A stretch of 60,177 nt of DNA from Collodictyon triciliatum (Eukaryota). The stretch covers positions 1-60,177 of the forward strand of contig JBHJMP010000835.1 of assembly GCA_043381765.1 (NCBI GenBank), written 5' to 3'. Under the pieces are notes generated by a model. That model saw only the letters and a list, made by a program, of their open reading frames with translations. It was not told where the DNA came from and did no database searches. Of the stretch, positions 25,303 through 39,993 are shown one piece after another. How positions within the stretch are numbered: the first letter of the stretch is position 1; every line of letters starts with the position of its first letter. The position numbers were made by a program, and so were the translations under genes.

Positions 25303-28300
25303 TCAGTCTTCATATGCAAACTCTGAACCGAGGTGCACAAAACATATATCATCTTCGCTTCCCTCATTCCCGTTTGTATCAGAGTCACCAAGGGCGCAGT
25401 ACTTTTTGGTATTCTTTGCTGATATCTAATTTAAAAAATAGCCTCATTTATCATTCTGTAACATATAGAAAAAAACGTGAAATGTGAAAACAAACCGCTT
25501 TGTATTCTGTTTCGATTTTCTTCAAGTAATCCCACAAAAGTCTATCGAATGTATTCTTGCGTAGGATGGGTTTCAAGAGCTCAAATAGTCTCAATTTTCT
25601 GCAGTCGTTCAACAGACTCACCTGTGTAAGTTCTGTGGTCTTTGTGTCAATGGCTTGCGCAATCTCGTCAATATGCTATATGAAATCAGTGGTGTTGGAC
25701 AACTATCAATCAAAACTTAATGGAGTTCGGAAATTATTAAATACCCTGTCACCTCATGAAAACAAGGATTATACCATGATTATGAAAAGGTGGTGCGTAG
25801 CTTTTACCTGACATCTAGTAAACATACTTTGACATTCACTCGTATCTGAATGAAAAGATAACAATTATTTAACTCTTGTGCATGTTGGAGGGCAGCTGAA
25901 AAGAAAAAAGAGAGCATGAAAAAATTATTTTTTTCTCATCTCTCTCATATGAATATTTTTTTTTGACTTTGCTTTCACGCCTTATGATAGCTTTATTTGT
26001 ATCATAGTTGTAAATTCGACGATGCGATTTTTCTTGAGATAATGTACATATTTAACATGGCCTGAAATTCATAATGCCTCTAATTTGGGGGTTTGTCCAG
26101 CGTTTATACCTTTTACCTCTCTGTCGCAAATTAGACGAGTGTTTCGTAAGACCAGAGAACTTGGCTTGGACTCAGTCAGCAAGCCTTCCTCCTGTGAGTC
26201 ATGCACGGAATCCTGGTATATTAACGGTTGTTATGATAAAAAGACAACAACCAATAGGACTCTGCTCTATATAGTGGAGGGGCAATAATGCAAGATTCTC
26301 ATGTAAAAAGACCCAGAAGTACCAGATTATCATTTGAAGAAGATTCTACTACTAGGCAATTTTCTACTATACAAGGGATGCATTTTTCCTGCTAGTATAA
26401 TATTTTCAATTAAAATGGCGTAAAAATAAGGCTCCAACTACCTATCATACTCAGAGCTACGTGAATTGAATATGCACATGAGTGTTTATATGCAATTGAG
26501 ATTGTAGATGTGAAGCGTAAGTGAAAGTGTAAGTAAGTGTAAGTGTAAGTGTAAGTGTAAGTGTAAGTGTAAGTGTAAGTGTAAGTGTAAGTGTAAGTGT
26601 AAGTGTAAGTGTAAGTGTAAGTGTAAGTGTAAGTGTAAGTGAAAGTGTAATTCTAACTTGTTGCGGCTGAAGTACATCAAGGTCAGATTTTGACAAGAAG
26701 TTAAAATATCCATTTATTTCGTCCCAGAACGCCAAACTTGTATTCGCCTCAGTATGATTTCTATGGTATAAATTAGAAAATGGTGCCTTTTTTGTTTTCA
26801 AATCTTCATAACTATTTCATGAGTTTTTATCATACTTTAACTAGAAGTGTCTATAGGTTTACTGTTATCAATCATGAAATAATAATAAATTGATTTTGGA
26901 AAATTCCTTTGAATCGAATAAAGGAGGGGAAAAATTAATTTTGGAGAATACGAATTCAATCGACAGACTCATGCTTTTGTGCCGCTCTCTCGATGTGCTC
27001 TTCTCTCTATAATCAAGAAACCAATTTTTTCTCATCACATCCCAATATTGAAAATAGCATCACTTCTTTTCCAGAAAAATGTAAAAATGTATATGTTTAA
27101 GATTAAAAAATCAGGTAAATCGTAATAAATTGGAAACAGTTATTCTCTTACGCAATGTATTTGAGCGACACATAACTTTGCATCATTACACTTTCCAGAA
27201 TCCTTTTTACATAATTCATGGTTGTAAACACTCCTGATGCAACAAAGCAAACATTTCAAAATGTAATTTAATAACTTTGACGGAGTAAAAACTCGTTAAT
27301 GAATTTTTAAATCCTTGCTCTCATACTGTACTTTAATGTCCAAGCACATGTTAATTATTTTACATATATGAAGCAGTCTTCTGTCTGTATAACTTTAAAC
27401 ACTATTAATTATAAAAAAAAAGTACTCTTCCCCGGTAACATCGGCGCATGAAGCTGCTAAGATGTCTATAGACCTAACGTGCGATTCGAATGAATCAACC
27501 CCTATGAAAATGATACTTCCATTAACGGACATTTACTTCGAAAAATAATTCATAAATTCTAAAAGAGTCTTTATTACATCTTTAGGTGATAAAAAAATAA
27601 GGATATTTCCTATTTCTTTCTTTTTTATCGTAATAATGTAATGTGCATACTTTAATGCAATCACTTGTCGCATTCGTCTCATTCTATATATTTGAAATAG
27701 TAAAAATTACAAGAAATAAAAACCTGATTCAAAGTCCGTTTTGATATTGTCTGTAGTAATTTTATCCTACATTTTCGGATTTTGGATGAGTTTTCGTTTT
27801 TAAAATCATCATGACAGAAAACAAAGTTAAATTATTGTGATTATGATTTGCTGAATATTGTCTCTGTTATGATAAACAAGTATGTTTCTATTTGGTGTGT
27901 TTGACATATCTCTTAGTATGGTTTCTGCTATTACGTGAAGAGATGTGGCGATTCCTGATAAAGAGATGTGTTCTGAGGCACTTCTTGCACTTTCCAGACA
28001 GGTAATTTCATTTGATTGTCTCGATGAAATGGCACTTGGTATTACATGGGAAACGGAGGCAACAAGGCCAACAATATTTTCAGTATTGGTTCCGTGCTTT
28101 TTCAAGTATTTCTTAGGCATTTTTGTCCAAGTTCCCTGGCTGCGTATGCCCCCCTGTATTTTTAAATACTCTACTGAATTTTTTGGAAATAAACGATACA
28201 ATATTTCGTGATATCAATATTATTGTCACTTACATATCTATACATTTTCTACTAAATTGTATATGTATTGCTCTGTCAAAGTGTATGATTTAAATAATAT

Positions 28301-29521
28301 TCCATGATTGATATTTGAAAAGGCATTACACGTTTTTTTGTATTTGGAGAATTTTCTGTTAGCAAATTTGTTTCTGTGAAGTTGAGACCTATTTCGTCCA
28401 CCAGGACAACCATGCCATCGTCTTTTTCATCCTTCATATCCTTGATATAAAATCCCTTATCGCGTTAATCATGGGCAAAACTGCGACACAAGTAGAAACA
28501 ACTAGCCATAATAGTTATATTCAGAGAGAAACAAACCACGAGATTTATATTTAAGCTTCTGGGTTCATGAACTGCATGCACGACATCTGTGATGGCGCCA
28601 TAAACTTTAAGAGAGTGGAAATAGTCTTTGACAAAACATGTAAAGAAAAATTCATCAGACCATTCAAAGACAAAAATATTAAAATAAATTATTCTAGTCA
28701 AATGATTCTAGTCAGATTAATCGTAGAAAGTAATCGTAGAAAGTAATCGTAATAGTAATCGTAATAGTAATCGTAATAGTAATCGTAATCGTAATAGTAA
28801 TAGTAATCGTAATCGTAATAGTAATAGTAATAGTAATCGTAATAGTAATCGTAATAGTAATCGTAATAGAAATAGAAATAGATATAGATATAGAAATAGA
28901 AATAGAAATAGAAATAATAACAATAACAATAATAATAATAACTATAATCGAATTTTATGGTCTAAAAACTCTATGTAATATTTTTAAAAAAAACTTATTG
29001 TTAAGATAATATACCTTGGCTCAGATCGACTTTGCCATTATATATAACCATGTGTCGACTTTTATGCGCGCATGATAATATTCCATAATTTCAAAACAAA
29101 GATGGTAAGACTACTAGCAAAACTTAGAAAACTGCATTCGTTGTCATCTAATTTACTTATCCTTATCCAAATTGAGATTAAGTAAAACCTTGCTTGGTGT
29201 TTGCCCTCTGCGTCTGCCAAGCGAGGGAACAAAGGACATATAAAAGCGGCATAATAATCAGAATGTCCGTGATAAAATATGATCGATTATTTCCCCAAAT
29301 GAAATGCTCGTGATGCGTAGAGTTTGAGTTTGGATTATATATGCATTAGCAATTGAACGAGTCCTTTATATCTCCCAAGGTAAATGAAGAATCCACTTAC
29401 GCCGAGGCAGGTTGCGAAGAGAGGCAGCAACCGGATCCACCTTTCTTGCCCTCTGACGAATTCTGGATCCCATGAGCGGCTCTGCTTTGTCTGCACCAGC
29501 TTCTCTTTGATCCTTTGACAT
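25303..29521 (-). CDS. Multi-exon protein with ADA3/NGG1 (SAGA HAT module)-like C-terminal region; internal exon structure only partly resolved
   Basis: Starts MSKDQREAGADKAEPL. Exons LAFWDEINGYFNFLSKSDLDVL and HIDEIAQAIDTKTTELTQVSLLNDCRKLRLFELL resemble the Ada3 FWxxxExY and DEI/V...EL...N blocks as recalled. TGA at 25303-25305. Confidence 0.5.
26517..26650. repeat. (GTAAGT)n hexamer array in an intron
   Basis: Directly visible, ~20 units. Confidence 0.92.
26887..26949 (+). mobile_element. Short dispersed element, copy B, with 18-bp target-site duplication
   Basis: aaattgattttggaaaat [tcctttgaatcgaataaaggaggggaa] aaattaattttggagaat; direct repeat 16/18 identical. Confidence 0.75.
28716..28950. 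repeat. (TAATCG/TAATAG)n, (AGAAAT)n and (AAT)n compound repeat
   Basis: Directly visible. Confidence 0.88.
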
Positions 29522-29921
29522 GCCTATGCTGCGGAAAAAAAAAAATAATGAAAAGATGATAGAAAACAAAAAACACTGTTTATCCCGCAGCCTTTCTGTG
29601 GTAAAAGCGTCACAAACACAATGTTTTTCCAACACGGAATCCTAATGCTAACCTACATTTACAGCCACAGAGGCCAACCAGAGCCGTGAATGTATGATGC
29701 GAGTCACATAATGTAATTCAATGTATATAGGGTACTATTTACAGTGACAAAAAGCACACTGGGCATATTTAAGTGCTACTTAATCGTATCTTTTATATTT
29801 TCCACATATAAGAAGGCTCCGTTTCTCTGCTTTGCTCACTTTCTTGTTTTCTGCCCGACAGATCGCTCGGATTGATCAGTCTTTGCCTCATCAGAGTTGT
29901 AATCGGGCAAAGCAGGAAGAA

Positions 29922-31082
29922 ATGCTTCTCGCCAAGCTCCTAAGCCCGGTTGGACCACGCGCCTTCCTCCAACCTTGTCTGTCCCAGAACACAAAAGGAC
30001 GCGTGCCCAACATCCTCACGCACCCCGCACAAACCGCACACAAGTCCTACAGCAACCGCACTGGTTTGGATTCCTCTCGCCCTTTTACTTCCGCTGCCTA
30101 CTTTTTCTTTCTCTTGCTTTCTCTCGTGCCACTCCTTCTCTCACTCCCCAAAACATAAAAACTCAGTCGCTTCCATGCGACAGACTCCACGTCGTCCCAA
30201 TAAACAGACTCTGTCTTTCCTCCAGGCCGCCCCGGATTCCCACCGCAGCCATCAAACCACTCTCGCTCAGAAGACAGTCGAAAGCCTGCCGCACAGACGC
30301 ACAGCCAAACTCGCAGCCACACCCGAGCCAGCAATGCCGCCCAGAGAGCAAAGCCGTTCCCCAAAGGATCCGCAGTCTATCGAAGCAGCGACTGGGTTGG
30401 CGATGACTCCGATTCCTTCGAAGCATTGAAGCCTGCCCCAGCGTCGATCAGATCGCACATCACAGATGCTGCAGACCATGAGGTAGAGGATATTCTGCTT
30501 GGTGAGGATCGAGGCCACGAGGCACAGAAAGCTATGGAGAGTAGCAGAGAGGACGAGGACTTTTGGTATGAAGGGCCGGGGTTGCCGCAACGCAAAACAC
30601 ACTTCACTTTTCCGACTTTTGAGGACACGCTCCCAGACAAGCCCGCAGAGATGGCCGAGGGGAGCGAAATGGTTGCGGCCGACGATGAAGTGTGGGATAT
30701 TGTACTTGACGATGCGCCTGAAAAGCGGGCACACTCTGTGTAATAGCTTTAACTCTCTTACTTTCATCATGTAGAATGCATCTATTACATATCTATTACA
30801 TATGTATACTTTACGGCAGAGTGCTTTAATCGCTGCGGTGGTTGGGTGTGGTGTTGATGTGTTCTTCCTTGGGATGGCCATCATTTGAAGAATGTGTGGG
30901 ATATGTAAATTGATTTCTCTTTTGATAGGCCCTACAGGGAGAATACCCGCCGTGATGAAGAAGGAGCTGGGAACATCAAAGACTCATTGATTCCACCAGG
31001 ATTCGGCTCCCCAGCGCAATACACCGGCAGAAGAAAGCCTTCGGCCTCCACACAACCGCAGAACAAGAGCAAGAGAAAGTGA
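29922..31082 (+). CDS. Hypothetical protein, 3 exons, possible mitochondrial presequence, acidic centre
   Basis: MLLAKLLSPVGPRAFLQ...; GT-AG introns keep the frame into ...FWYEGPGLPQRKTHFTFPTFED... and a last exon PYRENTRR...NKSKRK-TGA (31080-31082). Confidence 0.55.
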
Positions 31083-31390
31083 GGCGTCCGTACCATAAAG
31101 GAGGCGCAGTACATAGAGTACCGTATTTACAGTACCAGTGTTCGTTGCGTCCATACCAAGCAAATCAGAGCGATCAATCTTATGTCATACACAACTTTGT
31201 TTTCGCGTTGCCGGACTTTGGCGCTGGGTTGACCAGGGCCAATTAATATCTGAGTTTAGGCGGAGGAGCAGCGTTTCTGAACTCACTTTCAGAGTGTCAT
31301 CTAAGAAAGAATCGTTGCACTCTTTCTTTTCAATCGCTGTACTTTTTTTTTTTACTTTTTTTTTTCAGCGTTTCTTGGTTCCAGCGCAGA

Positions 31391-34300
31391 ATGAGTGGGT
31401 ATAGAAAGCCTGGGACAAAGACGGTGGAGGAAGTGATCTCCAAGCGTTTGGTCAAGTCTCCCTTCCAGTCGAATCAAACAGCAGGTCTGTTCTGCAAAGA
31501 TTCGTCGCGGCTTTTCCAACGAGTCGCAGATTATTCACCCGCCTGTCCTTTTCAGACTGTCCCCTTTTTTCTTCTTTTTTCTTCTTTTTCTTCTTTTTCT
31601 TCTTTTTCTTCTTTTTTCTTCTTTTTCTTCTTTTTCTTCTTTTTCTTCTTTTTCTTCTTTTCTTCTTTTTCTTCTTTTTTTCTTCCTCCTCTATATTCCT
31701 TCATTTTTCAAGTATGCTCTCTTGGGTGACCGTCAAGCATCTTTAACCGAATGGTTCATCATGTATCTTAATGATTATGAATGGGTGAAAAGATTCTGTT
31801 CCGTGGAAGTCAAAGGCACGGGCAGCTTCCAAGACTAGACATTCTCGAACACAGGCAATATCAGCGGAAGATGAGGAAATCAACATGGTACTGATTTATG
31901 TTGATAATACATGTGATTTAGAGTCGCCTTCGAATTATTGAACCCTGTACTCCCAGAAAATTATCGATTAACTCATATACGGGATACATAATTTTTGATG
32001 AATGCATCACCCGGTTATACTCTATAAGCGCTCTCCAAGCATATTCAAAATCCTAATAAAAATCCACAATTTAACAGTGCGAATCTAGAAGATGCTCATT
32101 TACAATTGAAAAACATTACACAGCGATTATCTAAGCTAAGCCGAGCCGAGAGCGCCTCAGCCATTGCATATAATACATTTGGAGACACATATCAAAGCGC
32201 TATGGACGGAACGTCTGCATTCCATCACTCTGATAAACTAATTCGTGCAACTTCAGCCTCCGCAACACTCTCATCCAAAGCCCTGGTTCCATACCAACAA
32301 AACGCAACAAATCTAGAGTTTCTACCTGTAAAACATTCAATAAATTATCATTCATATCCTGATAATATGAGAAGATTCGTAATGTGCATTTACTAATAAT
32401 GCGTTTCAGAAATTGGTATTCATATTCATATTCATATCATTAACGACGCATGAGTTAATATTTAACTATATATTTTGTGTACATTTTGTCTTTTTTCAGC
32501 CAACACGAATAACCAATCGGCCTCAGAGGTGGCAGCATACTATAGGAAGTATCAACATGAAAGAAGTTAGTATAAACGTAATATTGATGTGAAATATTCT
32601 ATATTTTAGGAATCCTACATATTACTCAATATTACAATCCATATTATCAAAGAAATCGATATTTTGAAACGAAAAATATAAAATTCTATGTGACATGTGA
32701 TAAACGTGTACCAATATCACGATGTTAGATCGTTTAATTCACAAACAAATGACTTGAAACCAAAAAAAAAATATAGCTGAATTACCAACAAGAGCAACAA
32801 TTGAAGCAATTAAAATCGCAGTGTATAGAAATATCCAAGAGACTCAAAGGGTTTGTCAAAAAAAAGTGTTACAATAAGATGTCTACATGTGTCTCATTTT
32901 TATCATCATGGGAACCTGGTCTTTATCTATGAATGGGGAAAAAAAAAAGAGAGAGAGAAAGAAGAGCTAATTATGATTCTATTTCCTTTTTCTAGAATCG
33001 AAAAGCTTACCACTCAGATAAAAGACAGCAAAATGCAAGAACTTGTTCTACCTAAAAAAGTACAGCGTTCATTTCACGCAGTTGAGAGCAAGCTATATGC
33101 ACTTGGGCGCACTTTTTTAACAGGAGATGACAAGGTATCATTTGAAGAAAAAAAATCTCGCCAAAATTGCAGATCATCTCCTACTGAACATTGTTAATGG
33201 GAGGGTGTAAAGTTATGTATGAGGCATAGCCGAATATTCATCGTCATACAATACGATTCATTATTTCAGGCAAGAGATTCTGCTGCTACAAATATATCCC
33301 GATGCATTCGAGGATGGTTGGCAAGAAAGAAATATACGAGGGCCTTAATGTCGCTACACGAATGGAGAAACCAGGAAACTATATCATTCAGGTCATTCGT
33401 ACTGAATTGGGTCTCTAATCATGAATCGAAAAACAAGAAGGTATAGTTAATATAACATTATTTGCTGAATCAGGTTTATAATCATATACGTGCAACTCAA
33501 TTATAATTCAACAATTGCTATCATTTATTTGACTATTCTATTACTTTATCCAAGATTGAATGGGTTCGACACAGTCATTTCAAACGCCTTGCGAACATTG
33601 CGTTCATGGAATGGAAGGCCATCACCAAAGGAAACATAACGTCCAATTTGCAACTACATAAGAAGGAAGAGCAAATTCAAATTCGTCGGGTTTGTTTGTT
33701 GCTCATAAATTCTCCATATACAATTTTTTATGAAACCATTTCAATCCAACCCTGGTTTTCCATTTTCTTTGTTACTATATATACAATTTTTTATATGTAT
33801 GAATCGTCCAACTTTAAAACTATCACCAAACAAATCACGCAAAGATTATTTTCTATTACTTCTGTAGTGGAATAATTTGCTTAGAAAAATTATTCTAAGA
33901 TGGAGGGATGCCGCTTACGGACCCCATAGTAGAAAGAAAATCAGCCAAAGCTACAAGATACGTCACGACGAGTAATGACTAATATCGTTAATTTCATCAA
34001 CTGGAACTAATATCAATAAGTTTACACTTGGGTTGTTATATTGGAGTTCAAATCATTCGGTCAATTTACGTTTTTCTTCTTTTTGGTTCCATTAAAAATA
34101 TCTTTATTCCCTCGCTCTTGTGCACAACAAACATAACACGCATGTATTTAAATTTTCCAGAGCGTATCACCAAGTTGCATTGAGAAATTTGAGAGATGAT
34201 CCCGACCCCAAAGAAGTCCACAAGGTAGCCTTACATGGATGGAAGTATTTTAATGCAGATAAAAAGGACAAATGTCAGCTATAAATAAATGAATTAATTC

Positions 34301-34913
34301 ACATGCATATACATATCTTGAATAAATATTCAGATTACGAAGCCACACTTGACATCTGTAGTCAAACAACCAAGTATGGCATTCGTGTGCTTTCAACACC
34401 TTTAATTCATAAAATAGGAATTCAGACGAATCACTCTGGCATTCTTTACACAGTCGAAAACTAGGCGATATCTTATGAATTGGTACAAATTTGTGTTTAA
34501 TACTGTAAGTACAATCAATAAATTATGCATAATGCCGTTTAATTTGAAAAAAAAAAAAAACAAAAAAAAACAGACCCACTCGATTTTTTTCCTTCAAAAA
34601 TGAATGAAACTTTACTCTATACATGGAAGAAAAATCTTCTCTACATCTCAGCATAATGTCTGATAAAGATGTGTATAAATTGATTTTTATCTCCTCCGTT
34701 TAGGAAGAAAACCAAAAAATCATGTTGGAAAAGGCTTTGTCACATTATATGTCGAACCTTTCAAGGCGCTACTTTCGTCGGTGGAAACTATGGTAATTCC
34801 ATATGAACGTAACTGAGTGTAATTTTGATTTTATCTGCAACCTTCTTTGGTGGAATGTATGTGTAAGGTTTTTTTCTATCAAATCACACAACAGACTTTT
34901 TTTAACCTATGTC

Positions 34914-34945
<32 letters not shown>

Positions 34946-37900
34946 GGATTCGTGACATGCGAAACATTTTGAAGAGTCCACGCTCCATTTTACCGTCTGA
35001 ATTGCCCAATGCTATTCAAACAATTTTGTTGATTCAATATCCACCAATCATTTCAATTACTCAAAAGATGGCTAAGCGAATGATTGTGCTTTTTTTTTTA
35101 AAAAAAAAAAAGTCAAAAGACAAAAAAGATTTAATCGTATATATCAAATTAGCCCCGAACGTTTCAAAATTACTAATCCAAGCACAAGTCGCGAGTTGAA
35201 TCTCAATGAAGATCAAGATATTAGTATGCCAGACGAAAGAAGAACGAGGTAGAACCAACCAATTACATTTTTTCTATGATTTCTGGTCCAAAACGTAACA
35301 AAATATACCTTTTATATATATTTACAGGAGACGCAATAAAATAGCCACTATCTACCGTGAACACTGGGAATTGCAAAGGCGAATTTTCAAGTCATGGAGA
35401 AGAAGAGTGATTATACGAAATGAAGCGAATCGATTATTGAAGAAGAAGCGTAAGTCCTGCATTTATTTAATGCTCTGTTAATTTAATTTCGAATCACCAG
35501 ACATTTACGCAAACTTTAACCAATAGAAAACAACATCAGATCATCATGAAAGAAAATCTCACCTTAATCAAATCACATCGTAAGGTTTTATGTAAATATA
35601 TCACTAAACTCTACGTTTTGAATCTAGACTCGCAAATCAAATCAAAGATTATTGCGGAGTGGATTTTGGTTTGCAGACAGCAGCGAAAGGTCAAGTTGGG
35701 TGTCCTGCAGCATTGGGTCGGAGTTTCCTTGTCTCGCCTGGAGTTGGCGTTCAAGTGGGTCACCGTGCTTGGAATTTCGTGTCTTACATACAATCGTATA
35801 TAACAATATCAAAAACAAAAATAACAAAATAACAATGATAATTTATTGAATAATACTCATAATCATAACCATCGTAATAAAATGAAATAAAAAAGGAAGA
35901 AAAGACAAAGGGCAGTCACCTGAGAAAAAAATGATGCGAAACCTTTTTTTTTTTGTTTCGTTTGGTTAAATATTTCAAAATGTCTGATGAGGAATAAAAA
36001 TATTGAATCATAAGCACATCTTATTTTAATCTAGGGCATGGTATGTATGGTACGCACGGAAGCGAGCAGAGAGAACATCGAAGCGATTCCTGGTAGAGGC
36101 ATTTATTAGGCAAGTCTCTTTTATTATTCCAATTTTGTGAATTTTTTTTCATACACACGAAACGGTTTCTTTTTTTTTTTTTTTTAATCAGATTGTATTT
36201 GAGATATAGTAAATCTTTAATGACTGTGCTCGCTATAGTAAACTCTATAATCGCAAAATACCTGTCCTTGAAAGTTTGCACCTTTATTTACACTTCAACC
36301 CCCATCGCAGACGGAGAAGTCAGCGCCTGGTTTCATTGTGCTTCAAAGGATGGATTCGTGCTGTGCGGTTGTCTATTGCCGAACCAGCGTGGATTCAAGA
36401 CGAAATTCCTGATTTGCCAAGGGTGTGCAATACATACATGAGCTGTCCATTGATTTACACTAGCACATGATTTCCTCTGGCATTTACTTTTTTTTATCGG
36501 ATATTTTTTGCATATGGAAGAAATCCACTTTAAATGCAACCCAGTCTTTTAATGAGCTTTCATAAATACCGACAGAGGTATGAAGAACAACTATACACAA
36601 ACAGTTTGTTGAAAAAGAATGTGGAGAGTTACCGCAGACTTTTGGAAAATTTCGAAAATACTTTGAAAACCCAGGAAGACCATTTCAAAAAGAAAGAAGG
36701 ATTGATCAGTGAAAAGGATAATGACTTGCTCTCATCCAAAGTATGAATCAACCATCCATTTAATCCTAAACTATTTGATTGTGCAAGAAACATCAAGCAT
36801 CAGTTTTTTTTGAAAAGAAAGCAGACTTACCATTCTCCTCCATCAATTTAGTTTGCTTTACACAACGCGCAAATGGAAGTTCAAAGATTAAAAAAGATTA
36901 TGGAGAAATCACTCCTGAAATATGTCGCCCCTGTCAAAAGTATGGCTGTCTCTGAAACGCCAGTCGATTCAAAGCATGTCACACCCACACAAACACCGTC
37001 CATGAGGTCTCAAACGCTTTCCCAGCTCGGGCAAACGGCCTCTACGTAAGTCAAGAATAAATTAAAAGGAACCCCCCCCCCCATAATGATGTAGGAAGAA
37101 CTGATGATATGCTTTAACTACATTAAACGCAATCAGTAAAACATATATGCATTTTCTTGGCTATATCCTGGAATACGGCGTAGATAAATGCAGTTTCATT
37201 ATGATATAAAAGGTTCAACCTACATTTATTTTATCTTAGGTTGATGGTTCCAGCACAGCAGTTTGGGTTTAGCGCGTCTCCAGATACTGATTCATCGGTC
37301 AAAGAAGAATGTAATATTTTTTTTCCTTTTTTCCCTTTTCGTCTTAAATTATTTCTCTTCTCTTTTAAATCATTCATTCTGTTAAAGTTAAACGTCGAAG
37401 AATCGTATCAGTCAGCAGCAATGCTATAAATGTATATTTCACTGTTTTTTTGGTTTTTTTACATCCAAAAATGCCGAGTGATTGCTTAAGCCTCAAGTTT
37501 ATCGTATTTATTCATAGTTATTGAAGAGCCTCTGCAAGTCCCTACCGGACCACGAAGGGTTACAGGAAAAAACGCTCTCTGTATCATTCCCTCTGAGGCC
37601 AACAGTGAGCAAGAAGGCATCGTTTGGAGAGACACTTCAACAAGCCAAGAAGGTCCATATACCTTTCTGATTCTGAAATAATTTTTTTTTCGGTTAACTA
37701 TGTGTATCATTATTGCTACTTATCCTCCTATGTATTCCTATTTTTCTCTCTCTCTTTTGTTTTCTATACGAGAACCTCTCCTCTTCATCAATGTTTATGA
37801 AAACAACTTATCGAGACTCGAGTGTATAACGAGAATATCAATTACAGGCGAGGAAAAGCCCATGACTGATCCGAAACCCAAAAAGGCTGTAAAATCGCTA

Positions 37901-39993
37901 TCTATCTTGAATAAAGTTGCCCAAAATTCATCTATGAAAAAAGGTTTGTGAAAAGAAAAAAATGTATATAATAATAAATATTGTTTAAAGTACCACAGTT
38001 GAGCGCAATAAATAGAAGAGTGAAACAGTTTCGACAAAGTACTCAATAGCACTCTTTTGCTACTGAAACACTTTTTATCTTGATTTTTCTTTCTACTTCC
38101 CCATTCAGGCGCAGAGGTGCTACCTCCGGTTGCTGCATCGTCAAAGCCTATTCCTGATGCAATCCAGAAAGCCTTGGCAAGGTCGCTGTTTGATACTGGG
38201 TTCGAAGGGCGAAAGTTGAACACTGATTTCCAGGCTACCGTAATGACTCTATCATCATCTCGCTCTTCAAATGATAGGACTATTCTTTGTCATCTTGAAC
38301 CTAGTTTTAGAAACCCTTTTTTCACTCGGAACAACTCTCTTATTTCAAATATCAGCCCAACACAACAGAGCAATTCTCTGAGCGCCCATCCTCGAGATTA
38401 AGTATTTATATTCAATTATTTAATTTTTTCATAAATGAGTATATACAAAGTGGGCTACAGCCAAACGCTATACACCGACACCTCAGTATCCTGTTTATGA
38501 AACGGAATTATGACGAGGAAGTCAACCTCAATTAGCTGACACGCGTTTTTATTCATACGTGCATTTCCTCTTTCCTGTGTTCTTTCTCTTCACCACTAGA
38601 CAGTACAGCAAGAAGGCCCATGTCATCCCGGTCCGACCAAACCGATGACTCTCGCAGAGCGCAACTTCTTGAATCTGATGTCCTTGAAAAGCTGGTCACT
38701 GCGTCCGAATCCACAGACATGACGTCGAGTCAGAAGACTTTGCCGCTGGCAGCAACGTTGGAACCGATTACACAAACGGTTGCATCCTCGTCCTTGCCGA
38801 CTTTTGCTCCGTTCCCCACACCGCTTCCTGCGATTCCATCAACCCCGTTGTCCCAATCTCAGGGCTCCACGTTCTCCCGGTCGCTTTCGTTTGCACCCTC
38901 ACAAATGCCGTCTCAGACAGCGACTCCCATGAAAGTGCCGGACACAATAGATAAGGAGGAGACCGGTCAGCTGCCTTGTTTTATTTTTATTTTTTAACCT
39001 CTCATGTGCTGCCGTTTTTTGTACTTTCATTTGCATAATTTAGTTTTGAGAATATATAGCATTTGGTGCAAATTATCTTTTTCTTTTCGTTTTCCTTGCG
39101 CTTCGAAGTCTTTATGTTCAATCATTCATTCATTTTCTGGGTGGTTATTGTTTATGAATTTGGTTTCATTCTGTTTTCTTTTTCTTTCTTTGGTGTATTT
39201 TCTTTTTCAATAGAACCTGGGACGCGCCAAAAACCCGTAGAGTCGATGGATTTGCTTGACCGTGCCAAATTCGTCCAACAATCTTTCGATTTCCTTCAGA
39301 TGTAAACACTTAATCATTCCATAGAATCCCTAATTTTACTTTGTTTTGAATACATGTACTTGAGCTCGTCTGCTTCTATTCGGCCTAAATAGCCAATCTG
39401 CTTTCATCAGCGACCCGAAAACCCCAAGCCCCCAGCTCATTTCGCTCATGAACTTTCTCCGCAGCGGCACGATTAATTCTGATATAAAAGACATCGAAAA
39501 GGTTTTCATGTTATGTTATGACCAACTCTTTCCCTTTCACCCAGTATAATTTTTAACCCAAATCAGAATACTTTTTTTAATAAAAAAATTACAATTATTG
39601 GATTCAATATAGAAGGGAAAGAGAAAAAAAAAACACCCAACATGTGTAGATTGTTTTCTTGTTTATCGGATTGTCAAGCAGGATTTTACGACCCAGACCA
39701 ACACTATTTACTAACATTCTTTCTATCAAACTACAGAAAATCAGACAGCAGAATCAAACGCAAGAGTTGATGAGACGGCTTCACAGAACATCTCAAACCG
39801 TAACGTGGGGCGACATTCTCGGTTTTGTGGACACGAACGCTGGGAAAAAGGTGAATCTTTATTGTGCCAAGATGTTTTAAGATGCATGTGCATCGCCATC
39901 GTTTTCATAGACTTGTCACACGCACCCCAAGCTGGTATCATTCTGATCCAAGTCTTCACCAAACACTAGCCCAACCGCCTGGATTTGACGTGA
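31391..39993 (+). CDS. Large intron-rich IQ-motif / Sfi1-like W-repeat coiled-coil protein (likely centrin/calmodulin-binding; centrosomal or flagellar)
   Basis: More than 20 GT-AG exons, several traced in frame. IQ-like AATNISRCIRGWLARKKY; repeated FxxW motifs (IAFMEWK, YFRRWK, IFKSWR, IIAEW, AFKAWY, CFKGW); coiled coil YRQRYEEQ...; Ser/Pro-rich tail. The end exon is inferred. Confidence 0.65.

Noticed and set aside
26907-26925. The dispersed motif read as a spliced-leader relic or Pol III B-box (reverse strand CCTTTATTCGATTCAAAG)
   Set aside because: Copies are mostly intronic, not at mRNA 5' ends, and lack the B-box GG or an A-box; TSDs plus tails fit retroposition better. Not formally excluded.
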